From Candidatus Gastranaerophilales bacterium (GTDB lineage: Bacteria > Cyanobacteriota > Vampirovibrionia > Gastranaerophilales > Gastranaerophilaceae): 64,000 nt of DNA. The stretch covers positions 9,169-73,168 of the forward strand of contig CALVHB010000016.1 of the NCBI GenBank assembly GCA_944327275.1, written 5' to 3'. Positions within the stretch are counted from its first letter, which is position 1. Each line of letters starts with the position of its first letter. The notes beneath the pieces are model-generated. The model was not told the origin of the DNA. It made no database searches and worked only from the letters and a program-made list of their open reading frames with translations. Shown one piece after another: positions 17,770-27,792 of this stretch. The position numbers and the translations under genes were made by a program.

Positions 17770-18384
17770 CTATTCAATAACGCTTACGATTCCTGTAGAG
17801 TGGTCAAAGTGACATTTTGCAATTGTCAATTTGTTATTTTTAACAGCTTCGTTTACGATTACAGAATGTTTCATAAGATAGTCTTCAACCCATTTTGTAT
17901 GTTCCATAGCAAAGAAATTGTGACATGTTATATCTTCTTTTTTGTCCAGTACAGGATATACACATTTTAAAATTGAAGAAAAATCTTTCATTGGTTCAGG
18001 GTAATGTTCTTTTGCATATTTCATTACTCCGCAATCGTCATGACCAAGAAGTATTACAAGAGGTACTTGTAATTTTTTAACTGCGTATTCAATGCTTTCT
18101 ACGATATTAGGTCCTGTAGTCATACCTGCAACTCTAATAACAAAAAGTTCTCCAATGCCGCAATCAAAAATTATTTCAGGTACTACTCTTGAGTCTGAAC
18201 ATGTCAATACACAAGCATAAGGTTCCTGATGGAATGCATATTTTTGTAATGTTTCCAAGGTCATATTTTTTGTTGTCGGTGTCCCGTTAACAAAATTTTT
18301 ATTACCTTGTAAAAGTTTGGTTAATTCATTTTTAGCTTTTTCTTTCATAAGTGATATTGTATATTCTTTTTTTTGTTTTTTCAA
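17770..18384 (-). CDS. beta-class carbonic anhydrase
   Basis: Motifs CSDSRV and GHDDCG are present. Confidence 0.8.
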   Translation of the reverse strand: MKKQKKEYTISLMKEKAKNELTKLLQGNKNFVNGTPTTKNMTLETLQKYAFHQEPYACVLTCSDSRVVPEIIFDCGIGELFVIRVAGMTTGPNIVESIEYAVKKLQVPLVILLGHDDCGVMKYAKEHYPEPMKDFSSILKCVYPVLDKKEDITCHNFFAMEHTKWVEDYLMKHSVIVNEAVKNNKLTIAKCHFDHSTGIVSVIE

Positions 18385-18427
18385 GTCTTTGTGGTAGAAT
18401 TTTAGCCGTGATGATTAGGGAGAATTT

Positions 18428-20083
18428 ATGGATAAAATTATAAATTTTATAAAAAAATACGATGAATTATTTATTTTATTAGGGCTATTTATTCTATGTT
18501 ATGTTATTTTCTTTTTTAACATAGGCAATTATGCTCTTATGGATGTTGATGAAACACGTTACGTTGCTATGGCCAGGGATATGTTTCATACAAAAGATTT
18601 TTTAACATTGTATTTAAACGGGGATTATTTTTTTGAAAAACCTCCGCTGTATTTTTGGGGAGAATGTTTATCGTTTGCTATTTTTGGTAAAGTAAACGAG
18701 TTTACTGCAAGATTTCCGGTTTCTTTGTATGGTACATTGTCTGTATTTTTATTATATTTTGTCGGAAAAAGGTGTGTATCAAGACGTTACGGAATTATTG
18801 CTGCGATAATATTAGCAACTACTCTAGAATTTGTAATGCTTGCAAAATTTGCAATATTAGATATTGTTGTTACAACTTGTGTTGGTTTTTCTGTGATGTT
18901 TGGATTTTTGACTCAGTTTGTACAGGAAAAGCATAAAAAATATTTTTGGTGGTTATTTTATATCTTTTCTGGTTTAGCTGTTATGGCTAAGGGGTTACCT
19001 GGATTTATTGTTCCTTTTGCAATTATGTTCTTTGTAACTCTTGCAAATAAAACTTTTAAACAAGTATTTAGGCCACAATATATTTTGCCTGGATTTGCTC
19101 TATTCTTTTTGATTGTTTTACCTTGGCATTTGATTATGTTTAAAATTCATGATCCGTTATTTTTTAATGAATACATCATGAAACATCATATAAACAGATT
19201 TTTTAGTTCTAGTCAGATATTGAGAGAACAGCCTTTTTATTTCTATATAATAACAATATTGTGGGGATTAGTTCCTTGGATATTTTCTGTAATTGCTGTT
19301 GGTGTTACTAAGCTGACTGCGTTTAAAAAGTTTTGTGTGAGAGATTTAAGTGATTCTAAGAAGTTTTTGTTATTTAATACGATTGCTTTCTTTGTTACAA
19401 TGTTATTTTTCTCTTCTTCAAGTACAAAGTTGATTACTTATATTCTTCCTGTTTATTTCTTTACAGCTTGTATTATCGCCTTTATATGGGAAGATTATAT
19501 GTTTAATAATAAGTACAAGAAGCCTATTGATATTTCAGTATATATTTTGGGAGGAGTATGCGTATTATCAGGAATTGTCGCATGTTTTATGAAATATTAT
19601 TTGCCTGCTCAAATGTATGCTGATGTTGCAATAATTCAATGGTTTTGTGTAGGTTTGGTGCTTGCATTTGGAATATCAAGTATTTTATGTGCATGGAAAA
19701 ATAATAAAATTGGTGTTTTTGCTTGTTATGTTCTTTTAATTGCAATTACCTCCGCTTTTGGTACAAAGCTGTTTTATAAAATGGATTATGAATTCGGACA
19801 GAATGATTTAATGCAGTTTGCAAAATATGCTAAGGAAAATAATAAAAAATTAGTTGTTCTTAATGATGAAAGAAAATATTCAGCTTTCTATTACTATGGT
19901 GGTGGTAAGGTTTATTTTATTTCTCAAGATGATAAAGAGGAAATGGCAAAATTTGGTGCAATGCTTGATGATCCTGATGTTGTTGCAATTATTAGAGAAA
20001 GAAGAATGCCTAAAGTGGATGCTGCTTTTGACTTTGATATAATATTGGATGGTAGAAAATATTCATTAATCAAGGTAAGATAA
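18428..20083 (+). CDS. ArnT/PMT-like (GT39/GT83) membrane glycosyltransferase
   Basis: 551 aa with more than 10 TM helices and a DVDETRY motif in the first loop. Confidence 0.75.
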   Translation: MDKIINFIKKYDELFILLGLFILCYVIFFFNIGNYALMDVDETRYVAMARDMFHTKDFLTLYLNGDYFFEKPPLYFWGECLSFAIFGKVNEFTARFPVSLYGTLSVFLLYFVGKRCVSRRYGIIAAIILATTLEFVMLAKFAILDIVVTTCVGFSVMFGFLTQFVQEKHKKYFWWLFYIFSGLAVMAKGLPGFIVPFAIMFFVTLANKTFKQVFRPQYILPGFALFFLIVLPWHLIMFKIHDPLFFNEYIMKHHINRFFSSSQILREQPFYFYIITILWGLVPWIFSVIAVGVTKLTAFKKFCVRDLSDSKKFLLFNTIAFFVTMLFFSSSSTKLITYILPVYFFTACIIAFIWEDYMFNNKYKKPIDISVYILGGVCVLSGIVACFMKYYLPAQMYADVAIIQWFCVGLVLAFGISSILCAWKNNKIGVFACYVLLIAITSAFGTKLFYKMDYEFGQNDLMQFAKYAKENNKKLVVLNDERKYSAFYYYGGGKVYFISQDDKEEMAKFGAMLDDPDVVAIIRERRMPKVDAAFDFDIILDGRKYSLIKVR

Positions 20084-20619
20084 TGCTTTTAAGGTATGAA
20101 GAATTTTTAAGAAAATTTGACAAAAAATTAGATAAATACTTTGACGAACAATGCGAATTTATAAAATGTAAAATAGGATGTTCTGCTTGCTGTGAGGTGG
20201 GAGAATATCCTTTTTCTCGTTTAGAAGTAGAATATCTTATGTCAGGTTTTGCAAAATTGCCAAATGATTTAAGACGAATAATAAGAAATAATATAAAAAA
20301 AATTAAACAGGAAAATCAAAAATATTACATGTGTCCATTTTTGATTGATAAAAAATGTTCACTTTATAAATACAGAGGCATTGTTTGCAGAGTTCATGGT
20401 CTAGGCTGGTTTGACGAGAATGAAAACAAAATAAAACTTCCATATTGTGTAAATCTTGGCCTAAATTACAGTAAAGTTTTTGATAGAGAAACAGGTGAAG
20501 TATATTTGCAAAATCCAATTAAAAAACGCTTAACAATTGATGGTGTATTAAGGTCGGAGATGGCCCAAAAATATGAACTTGAATGTGGGGAAATTAGACC
20601 TTTGATTAAATGGTTTTAA
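20083..20619 (+). CDS. YkgJ-family cysteine-cluster (Zn/Fe-chelating) protein
   Basis: CKIGCSACCEVGEYPF plus later CPF...C...C motifs. Confidence 0.7.
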   Translation: MLLRYEEFLRKFDKKLDKYFDEQCEFIKCKIGCSACCEVGEYPFSRLEVEYLMSGFAKLPNDLRRIIRNNIKKIKQENQKYYMCPFLIDKKCSLYKYRGIVCRVHGLGWFDENENKIKLPYCVNLGLNYSKVFDRETGEVYLQNPIKKRLTIDGVLRSEMAQKYELECGEIRPLIKWF

Positions 20620-20625
20620 AAAATT

Positions 20626-20652
20626 TAGCCCAATGGCTATTTTTTATTTTTT
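20626..20652 (+). terminator. weak intrinsic terminator
   Basis: TAGCC-caat-GGCTA hairpin followed by a T-run. Confidence 0.35.
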
Positions 20653-20794
20653 GTCTTGCATTATTTTTTTTTGATGTTATTATCGTTATACGACATTTAT
20701 CCTTTGTATATATTTTAGATATAGAGAAGCATTGTAGATCCATAGAAATATGGATTGGATTTTTGTCCCTTATTTTACGATGAGAGGAGATTTA

Positions 20795-21733
20795 ATGCGT
20801 AAAATTTTTACCCCAATTATAATTTTGATGACGTTAGCGGTTCAAATAAATTGTTCTGCCCCACCGACTTTTGCAAGGACAACTTATTTGAATTCCGTGA
20901 ATAATGATGATGCTCAGGTGTATTTTCAAAGTGGTATTGCAAAAGGAAAAATAAACGATTTTGTTGGTGCAATTTCAGATTTTTCTAAAGCTGTTTCGTT
21001 GAACGAAAATTTCACTCAATCTTATTGGGCAAGAGGTTTAGCAAAAGCGAAAATTGCAGATTTTGCAGGTGCTGTTGAAGATTTTTCTAAAGTTATTGAG
21101 ATTAATCCCAATATGCAAAATGCTTATTTTATGAGAGGGTTGTCCAAAAAAGAAATGAAAGATTACACAGGTGCAGTTGAAGATTTGACTCAGGAGATTT
21201 CAATAAATCCAAAAAATAAAGATGCATATTTAATAAGAGGTATATGCAAAAAAGAGCTTGAGCTATATCAAAGCGCAATTGACGATTTTAATCGAACTCT
21301 TTATTTTGATTACCAAAATATTGAAGCATATTATTACAAAGCCGGATGTGAGTGGAAAATGGATGATTTGGATGCTGCTGTAAATGATTATTCAAAAGTA
21401 ATTTCTTTAAATTCAAATTATGCAAATGCTTATTACAATAGGGCCTGCATAAGATGGAATTTGAATGACTACAACGGTGCTGTAGATGACTTTACAAAAA
21501 CAATTTCACTTAATAAAGATGATGCAGATGCGTATTTTTTAAGAGGTTTGTCATATCTTTTGAAAGATGAATACAAATTGGCTGTTGAGGATTTGGAACA
21601 TGCAAGAAATATTTCTTTGTTAGATGAGAATTATGAATTGTATGAAGGTATTATGGAATTTATAAATGTTGTGAAAACTGGTGATACAAAAAGTATAAGC
21701 AGTGTAAAAGTGCCGAATAAATCAAATAATTAG
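20795..21733 (+). CDS. secreted TPR-repeat protein
   Basis: I chose ATG 20795 behind GAGAGGAG. It has signal peptide MRKIFTPIIILMTLAVQINCSA and about 8 34-aa repeats (A..DFSKAI.LNP..A.AY..RG). Confidence 0.8.
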   Translation: MRKIFTPIIILMTLAVQINCSAPPTFARTTYLNSVNNDDAQVYFQSGIAKGKINDFVGAISDFSKAVSLNENFTQSYWARGLAKAKIADFAGAVEDFSKVIEINPNMQNAYFMRGLSKKEMKDYTGAVEDLTQEISINPKNKDAYLIRGICKKELELYQSAIDDFNRTLYFDYQNIEAYYYKAGCEWKMDDLDAAVNDYSKVISLNSNYANAYYNRACIRWNLNDYNGAVDDFTKTISLNKDDADAYFLRGLSYLLKDEYKLAVEDLEHARNISLLDENYELYEGIMEFINVVKTGDTKSISSVKVPNKSNN

Positions 21734-21797
21734 TACAAAACAATAATGTAAGTTTTAAAAAACCTTAACAAAAGCTAGCAAAAATCACAAATAAGAG

Positions 21798-21829
21798 TTA
21801 TACTACATATGTAGTATAAAGTGTATAAT
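21798..21829. promoter_or_regulatory. perfect 22 bp palindrome TTATACTACATATGTAGTATAA abutting a consensus TATAAT
   Basis: Palindrome at 21798-21819 and TATAAT at 21824-21829, about 180 nt upstream of the GGDEF/HD-GYP gene. Confidence 0.35.
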
Positions 21830-22010
21830 TAAAAATATTTGTGTTTCTCATTATATTGTTTATTAAAACAGTATTTTTGCCATCTAAATGGCGTATTGAA
21901 TAAAGTTAAAATTATTATAGAATAGTTTTAAGTATTGTAAACTCGAAAAGTATATAAAGCAAAAATAAGTTATCATAAGTTTTATATATACAAACGTGTA
22001 AGCAGGTGTA

Positions 22011-23981
22011 GTGTTGAACGAAGAAAAGGAAAAGGTTACAGAAAGTACGAAAACGAAGGTTTCCGGAAAAAATAAACTTCCGGTGTCTAATCCTATGTCA
22101 AAGCAGTTGAACTCTTTGAAGAAACCAGCTTTGGAAAATATTCAGCCTGCTGTGAAACAATCACCTGTAAAAGAAGATTCAAAAAGAGCTTCTAATCCGA
22201 TATCATCAGAAACATCAAGTATAGTAGCGCGTATTAACAACTTTAATACTAATAAAACTGCAAATAAAATGTATGCAGGCTATATGAATAATACGGTTAA
22301 CGCTCACAGAGTGGTAGATTATTCTGATTTAGTATACAATTTAAGCAGTTCATTATGTGATAAAACTACTGTACATGAACTTTTTTCATCAATACATGAT
22401 TTGTTTACTGAGAAGTTGAACAGTGTATTTACTGCTTTTGGTGTTTTTCATGAGCAGTCAAAATGTATAAATATAAAATTGTTTAATTCAATGGGTAGTA
22501 CTTATACTTCAAAATTGTTCCTTTCAGATGATACAAATCCTGTTGTCGAATGTTTTAAAAATAGGGAACCTATACTTAAAGAAGATAATAAGTTTTTGAA
22601 TATACCTTATTTACAAAACTCATCAGCATTAATCTTGCCTTTGAATTCTGTAAATGATTGCAAAGGTGTGATGGTGATTGGAAAAGATTACCTTGAAAAT
22701 CACATAGGTCTGTTTGCTTTTATTGCTGATTATTGTGCATTATTTATGCAAAATATCGGACTTTTGGAACAGACTAACAAGTTTGCGAATACTGATACAC
22801 TTACAGGCTTGTATACTCACAGAGGTTTTCAAGAAGTTTTAAAAACAGAATTAAAAAGAGCTGAAGAAAATGAATCAAATCTTTCTATCATAATGCTCGA
22901 TGTAAATAATATTTCTAAAATTAACAGAGAACTTGGACATGCTAAAGGTGATGAAGTAATAAAACTTTTGGCAGAAAAGGTAAAACAAAACGTCCGCAGT
23001 ACTGATAGGGCCGGTAGATATGGCGGAGATGAAATCGCAATTATTTTACCAGATACAAGTACAGCTGATGCAAAGTATTTGGCAGAATATATTACTTATT
23101 GTCTGTCTTGTTGTTTTGTGGATGATGTTGGCCCTGTTAAGGTATCAGTTGGTATTGCTACATATCCTGAATGCAGCAAGGATCAGGAAAAGCTTTTGAT
23201 ACTTGCAGAACAAGCTATGTATATTTCTCAGGCAAAAGGTTACAAAGAGGGGATGTCTGCAATAGTAAGTTCTGCTGATTTCAATTTCTGGGATGATGCC
23301 GCATTGAATTCATTTGCAGAAGTTGTTGCAAAACGTCACTCTCAACTTGGTATTGATTTTGGCGAAGAACTTTTACACAAGTTTAACAATGAACAGATTG
23401 TGTCTCACAATCACCTTATGGAACTTGCAAATTCTCTTGCAGGTGCTATTGATGCAAAAGACCCTTATACAAAAGGTCATTCAACCTCTGTATCAAGATA
23501 TTCAGAAGCTCTTGCACGTGCGGTTAATTTACCGGAAGATGAAGTTCAAAGAATAAAATTGGGTGCTCTGTTGCACGATGTTGGTAAAATAGGTATTCCT
23601 GAAAATGTTCTTAAAAAACCGGGTAAATTAGAAGGTGAAGAATGGGAAATTATGAAACAACACCCTGTAATCGGTGCGGAAAAAGTATTACAGCCTAATG
23701 AGGCTCTTAGAGATTTGATACCTATAGTTAAATATCACCATGAACATCTTGATGGAAGCGGTTATCCTGAAAAATTAAAAGGAGATGAAATTCCTTTAGC
23801 TGCAAGAATTGTTGCAGTTGCTGATACTTTCCATGCATTGATTTCTGATAGACCTTATCGTAAAGGTATGAGCGTAGAACGTGCTTGTGAAATTTTAAAA
23901 GATGGTGCGGGTAAGCAGTGGGATAGCGATTTGGTTCGTCATTTTATTTCTATTGCTCCTTCTTTATCTACAAGTATTTAG
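22011..23981 (+). CDS. GAF-like sensor / GGDEF diguanylate cyclase / HD-GYP phosphodiesterase composite protein
   Basis: 656 aa (GTG start). It has RSTD-x5-GGDEI, then HDVGKIGIP and HHEHLDGSGYP. Confidence 0.85.
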   Translation: MLNEEKEKVTESTKTKVSGKNKLPVSNPMSKQLNSLKKPALENIQPAVKQSPVKEDSKRASNPISSETSSIVARINNFNTNKTANKMYAGYMNNTVNAHRVVDYSDLVYNLSSSLCDKTTVHELFSSIHDLFTEKLNSVFTAFGVFHEQSKCINIKLFNSMGSTYTSKLFLSDDTNPVVECFKNREPILKEDNKFLNIPYLQNSSALILPLNSVNDCKGVMVIGKDYLENHIGLFAFIADYCALFMQNIGLLEQTNKFANTDTLTGLYTHRGFQEVLKTELKRAEENESNLSIIMLDVNNISKINRELGHAKGDEVIKLLAEKVKQNVRSTDRAGRYGGDEIAIILPDTSTADAKYLAEYITYCLSCCFVDDVGPVKVSVGIATYPECSKDQEKLLILAEQAMYISQAKGYKEGMSAIVSSADFNFWDDAALNSFAEVVAKRHSQLGIDFGEELLHKFNNEQIVSHNHLMELANSLAGAIDAKDPYTKGHSTSVSRYSEALARAVNLPEDEVQRIKLGALLHDVGKIGIPENVLKKPGKLEGEEWEIMKQHPVIGAEKVLQPNEALRDLIPIVKYHHEHLDGSGYPEKLKGDEIPLAARIVAVADTFHALISDRPYRKGMSVERACEILKDGAGKQWDSDLVRHFISIAPSLSTSI

Positions 23982-24030
23982 TTTTTGAACGGGTTTATTG
24001 TTAATAAATATGTTCTGTAGGGATTTTTGC

Positions 24031-24058
24031 TTGCATAATTTCGAAAATAGTGTATAAT
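24031..24058 (+). promoter_or_regulatory. sigma70-like promoter
   Basis: TTGCAT (24031-24036), 16 nt spacer, TATAAT (24053-24058). Confidence 0.45.
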
Positions 24059-24124
24059 TATAAAAATTAAAGGAATTTTGCAAGAGGTTTCTTTATAGTA
24101 CCAATTAAAGTCAGGAGAAAAAAA

Positions 24125-24406
24125 ATGTACCAAGATGAAAAACTTGTATGTGAAGATTGCGGCGCAGAATTTGTCTTTACAGCAGGTGAACAGGAATTTT
24201 ATGCAGAAAAAGGTTTGGTAAACAAGCCAAAAAGATGTGCTGATTGCAGAAAAAAACGCAGAAACAACAACAGAAGACACAGAAGAATGTATGAAGCTGT
24301 TTGTTCAAAATGCGGTGCACAGACACAGGTTCCTTTTAAACCGATTCCGGGGAAAGAAGTCTTTTGCAAAGATTGCTTCGCTAAAGAAACAGAATCTGCA
24401 GAATAG
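24125..24406 (+). CDS. CxxC-x17-CxxC zinc-ribbon protein
   Basis: 93 aa with two CxxC...CxxC modules (CEDCG..CADCR; CSKCG..CKDCF) and a basic linker KKRRNNNRRHRR. An AGGAG RBS precedes it. Confidence 0.7.
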   Translation: MYQDEKLVCEDCGAEFVFTAGEQEFYAEKGLVNKPKRCADCRKKRRNNNRRHRRMYEAVCSKCGAQTQVPFKPIPGKEVFCKDCFAKETESAE

Positions 24407-24430
24407 TGTTTAGAAATTAAATATTAAAGA

Positions 24431-24462
24431 AAACAGACCGTTTATAAAACGGTCTGTTTTTC
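24431..24462. terminator. bidirectional intrinsic terminator
   Basis: 12 bp stem AAACAGACCGTT / AACGGTCTGTTT with loop TATAA, an A-run before and a T-run after. Confidence 0.8.
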
Positions 24463-24771
24463 TTATACGCCTATGCAGCTGTTTAAATATTCAATTGTGC
24501 TTATTTTTTCGTCGTACAAATACTTAATGAAATTCAAATAGGCCGGATTATGTGAAGTTATGATTAAATTTATTTCAAATCCGTCTGTGCAGAATGGTTC
24601 GTAATCATATACAACATAGCTGTTATATTTACTTTTCCATTCTTTTCTTTCTATACGGCTGTTGTTTTCTTCTACAATATCTTCAAGCCACGCAATAATA
24701 TCTTTATTTACGTTTTTCATTTCCAAGCGATTGTACTTGCTGCAATCATGGCAATCATTTCCCATTAACAT
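24463..24771 (-). CDS. hypothetical protein
   Basis: 102 aa ORF with no recognisable motif. Confidence 0.5.
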   Translation of the reverse strand: MLMGNDCHDCSKYNRLEMKNVNKDIIAWLEDIVEENNSRIERKEWKSKYNSYVVYDYEPFCTDGFEINLIITSHNPAYLNFIKYLYDEKISTIEYLNSCIGV

Positions 24772-24974
24772 GTTAAATTACTCCACCAATATGTTATATT
24801 GAAATTGTAAACTTTTTTGTGTTTAAAATAATCCCCTTTAGGTATAACGAATAAATAGGAAAATATGGTGATTTCTTATTTTTTATTTATCTCTTTTTTG
24901 CTGTTGTTTCATTTCTTTATATATGATTGCAAAATGTATTTAAGTTTTATAAAATTAGTAAAAAGGATTGCTAT

Positions 24975-25688
24975 ATGAGTGAAAAACGTATCTTAATTGT
25001 TGATGATGACGATGAAATAAGAGAGCTTTTGGAGTTTGACGTAAGAGAAAGCGGTTACTTTGTTGACACTGCAAAAGATGGTATGGAAGGCTTGAATAAG
25101 GCTTTGAATAACACTTATGATTTAATATTACTAGATGTTATGATGCCTAAGATGAATGGGTTTGATGTATGCAAAAATATCAGACAAGCAAAACTTGCAA
25201 TACCTATTTTAATGCTTACGGCAAAAGGTACTATTGACGACAAGACAGAAGGGTTTGACTGCGGTGCGGATGATTATCTTGTAAAACCTTTTGATATTCA
25301 GGAAGTACTGCTAAGGATTAGAGTACTTTTAAGAAGAAATCAAGTTGTAGATGAAGATAAATCTGCGCTTTCCGGAGAAGTTTTAAATGTTGGAGATATA
25401 GAGATTTTCCCTGAAACATTAGAGGCTGTTATTGTTAACAAAAAGGTAAAACTTACTCCTACTGAGTTTGAAATTCTTTATAGCCTTATGCAGCATTTCA
25501 ACAACCCTGTGACTTTGGCAACACTTTTGGACGAAGTTTGGGGATATGATAGCAATGAGGATGTAAGAATGTTGAGAGTTCATGTTGGTGGACTTCGAAA
25601 TAAAATTGAACCTGATACGAAACATCCTAAGTATTTGCATACAGTGACTAATGTCGGTTATAAATTGACTCCTTTTGGTGAGGGATAG
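24975..25688 (+). CDS. OmpR-family response regulator
   Basis: I chose ATG 24975 (MSEKRILIVDDDDE). It has LILLDVMMPKMNG and a winged-helix C-terminus (LTPTEFEIL, VTNVGYKL). Confidence 0.85.
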   Translation: MSEKRILIVDDDDEIRELLEFDVRESGYFVDTAKDGMEGLNKALNNTYDLILLDVMMPKMNGFDVCKNIRQAKLAIPILMLTAKGTIDDKTEGFDCGADDYLVKPFDIQEVLLRIRVLLRRNQVVDEDKSALSGEVLNVGDIEIFPETLEAVIVNKKVKLTPTEFEILYSLMQHFNNPVTLATLLDEVWGYDSNEDVRMLRVHVGGLRNKIEPDTKHPKYLHTVTNVGYKLTPFGEG

Positions 25689-25690
25689 AT

Positions 25691-27379
25691 ATGTTTGGTA
25701 AACATTTGAAGATTGTAGAACAAATTGCGATAGTATTTGTTTTCGCTGTTATTGTTCCTATGACAATAAGCGGTTTTATTATAAACAACATCAATCAGCA
25801 GTCAATGAGATATCAATTAAGAGAATCTGCAGTATTGATTGCAAATATGGTATCCGATGAAATTGATTTTTTTAATAAAACAGTAAGTAGCAGTCTTGAA
25901 CAAATAGTTTTTTCTCTGGGACATTTTAAGACAAAAGCAGAGAAAGAGAATTATCTTAAAGCCGTTCTTCGTCAATTGCCTGATTGTGAAGAATTAGTTA
26001 TAGTTAATAAGTTTGACTTAGACGAAATTCATGAAAGAAATAAAATAAACAAAAAGGCTACCATTCCCGTAAAAATTAATGAAAATCAATATCTCGTAGC
26101 AACTTACAAATTAGATGCGATAAGAGATGAGTTATTCAGGTCTATTGAAGATGATAAAAGGCAAATTTACGTATTAACTAACGAAGGTAATTTAATTGCA
26201 GAACATAATTATACAGAGGATGCTTACAACAAAACAATTGCGCTTTTACCTGATAAGTTAAAAAAAGATAAACCTATTATATTTGGAGATGTAAAAAACC
26301 AACCTCTGGTGTATGTTTCAAAGGATAATCCTAAAATTACTATTATTGTTAATACAACTGAAAAAGTTACTCAAAAGGCTATCACAAATAATAGTTTGAA
26401 AATAATATTATCTTGTCTTTTTGCGACGATTACAATAATTTTTGTTGTAGCTTTGTATACTTATTACTTGTATATAAATATAAGACAGTTGTTTAAGGGT
26501 ATTATCGCGATTTCAAAAGGTAATTATGAACGTCAGATCAGACTTTTGACAACTGCTTTTACACCGCATGAAATAGTTTTTCTGGCTTTTGAATTTAATC
26601 GTATGGCTACAGAGATTCACAAGTCTTATATACAGTTGAAAAAGAATAATGTTGAGCTTAAACAGTTAAACGAATTTCGTTCAAATCTTATTGATACTGT
26701 AAGTCATGAACTAAGAACTCCTTTAACAAGTATTCAGGGGTATACTTCAAGATTAATGCGTCAGGATATTAAGATTGACGAGGAAACAAGACAAAAATCT
26801 TTGAGAATAATAAAAGAGCAGTCTGAAAGATTAAAACGTCTTATTGATGATTTGCTTACTATTCCTGATATTGAAGGAATGAGATTAAGAACAAAGATAG
26901 AACAGGTGTGGATTCCTGAGATACTTGAGGAATCGAAAATATTGATAAAAAATAAAGACAAAAAAGAGATTGTGTTTAATATTGATGACACTTTCCCTCT
27001 TGTTGAAGGTGATAAGGACAGACTTTTGCAAGTCTTTGTTAATTTGCTTGAAAATGCTTGTAAATATGCTTATGAGGATTCAAAAATAACAGTTGACAGT
27101 TACGTTGGAGAAAATGATGTTAAGATTTTCGTAAAAAATGATTGTGATGTTATTCCTCCTAAAAAATTGAATAAATTATTTGAAAAATTTGTAAGAATGG
27201 ATGATAACACAACAAGAACTACAAGAGGTACCGGTTTAGGGCTGTTCATTGTAAAAGGTCTCATTGAGGCAATGAATGGAGAAATAAAGTTAAGTAGTGA
27301 TAAAAATTGCGGTTTCTGTGTTGAAGTAACTCTTAAATTATCCCAAGAACATAGAAATACAAATGAGGTTACTGAATGA
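25691..27379 (+). CDS. sensor histidine kinase
   Basis: Two TM helices, a HAMP-like region, H-box SHELRTPL, and G-boxes including GTGLGLFIV. Confidence 0.85.
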   Translation: MFGKHLKIVEQIAIVFVFAVIVPMTISGFIINNINQQSMRYQLRESAVLIANMVSDEIDFFNKTVSSSLEQIVFSLGHFKTKAEKENYLKAVLRQLPDCEELVIVNKFDLDEIHERNKINKKATIPVKINENQYLVATYKLDAIRDELFRSIEDDKRQIYVLTNEGNLIAEHNYTEDAYNKTIALLPDKLKKDKPIIFGDVKNQPLVYVSKDNPKITIIVNTTEKVTQKAITNNSLKIILSCLFATITIIFVVALYTYYLYINIRQLFKGIIAISKGNYERQIRLLTTAFTPHEIVFLAFEFNRMATEIHKSYIQLKKNNVELKQLNEFRSNLIDTVSHELRTPLTSIQGYTSRLMRQDIKIDEETRQKSLRIIKEQSERLKRLIDDLLTIPDIEGMRLRTKIEQVWIPEILEESKILIKNKDKKEIVFNIDDTFPLVEGDKDRLLQVFVNLLENACKYAYEDSKITVDSYVGENDVKIFVKNDCDVIPPKKLNKLFEKFVRMDDNTTRTTRGTGLGLFIVKGLIEAMNGEIKLSSDKNCGFCVEVTLKLSQEHRNTNEVTE

Positions 27380-27792
27380 AGCGTGCAATAGAACTTGCTA
27401 AAAGAGCAGGCAAAGAAATTCCTGTCGGTGCAATTATAGTTAAAGATGGTGAGATTATTGCAGAGACTTTTAACCAAAAAGAATTAACAAATGATGTAAC
27501 TGCCCATGCAGAGATTCTTGCAATACGTGAGGCTGAAAAAAAATTAGGTCGTTGGCGCTTGGATGATTGTGAAATGTATGTTACACTCGAGCCTTGTCCT
27601 ATGTGTGCTTGGGCAATTGTTTCTTCCAGAATAAAGACTGTATATTTTGGTTCTTTTGATAGAAATTACGGTGCACTCGGCTCTGCAATTGATGTAAGAA
27701 AACTTGCAAATTCCAAAATGAAAGTATATGGAGGAATTATGGAAGAAGAGTGTGATAAAATATTAAAAGAGTATTTTAAGGAGCTTAGATGA
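27376..27792 (+). CDS. tadA: tRNA adenosine(34) deaminase
   Basis: HAEILAI and PCPMCAWA zinc motifs in 138 aa. Confidence 0.85.
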   Translation: MKRAIELAKRAGKEIPVGAIIVKDGEIIAETFNQKELTNDVTAHAEILAIREAEKKLGRWRLDDCEMYVTLEPCPMCAWAIVSSRIKTVYFGSFDRNYGALGSAIDVRKLANSKMKVYGGIMEEECDKILKEYFKELR

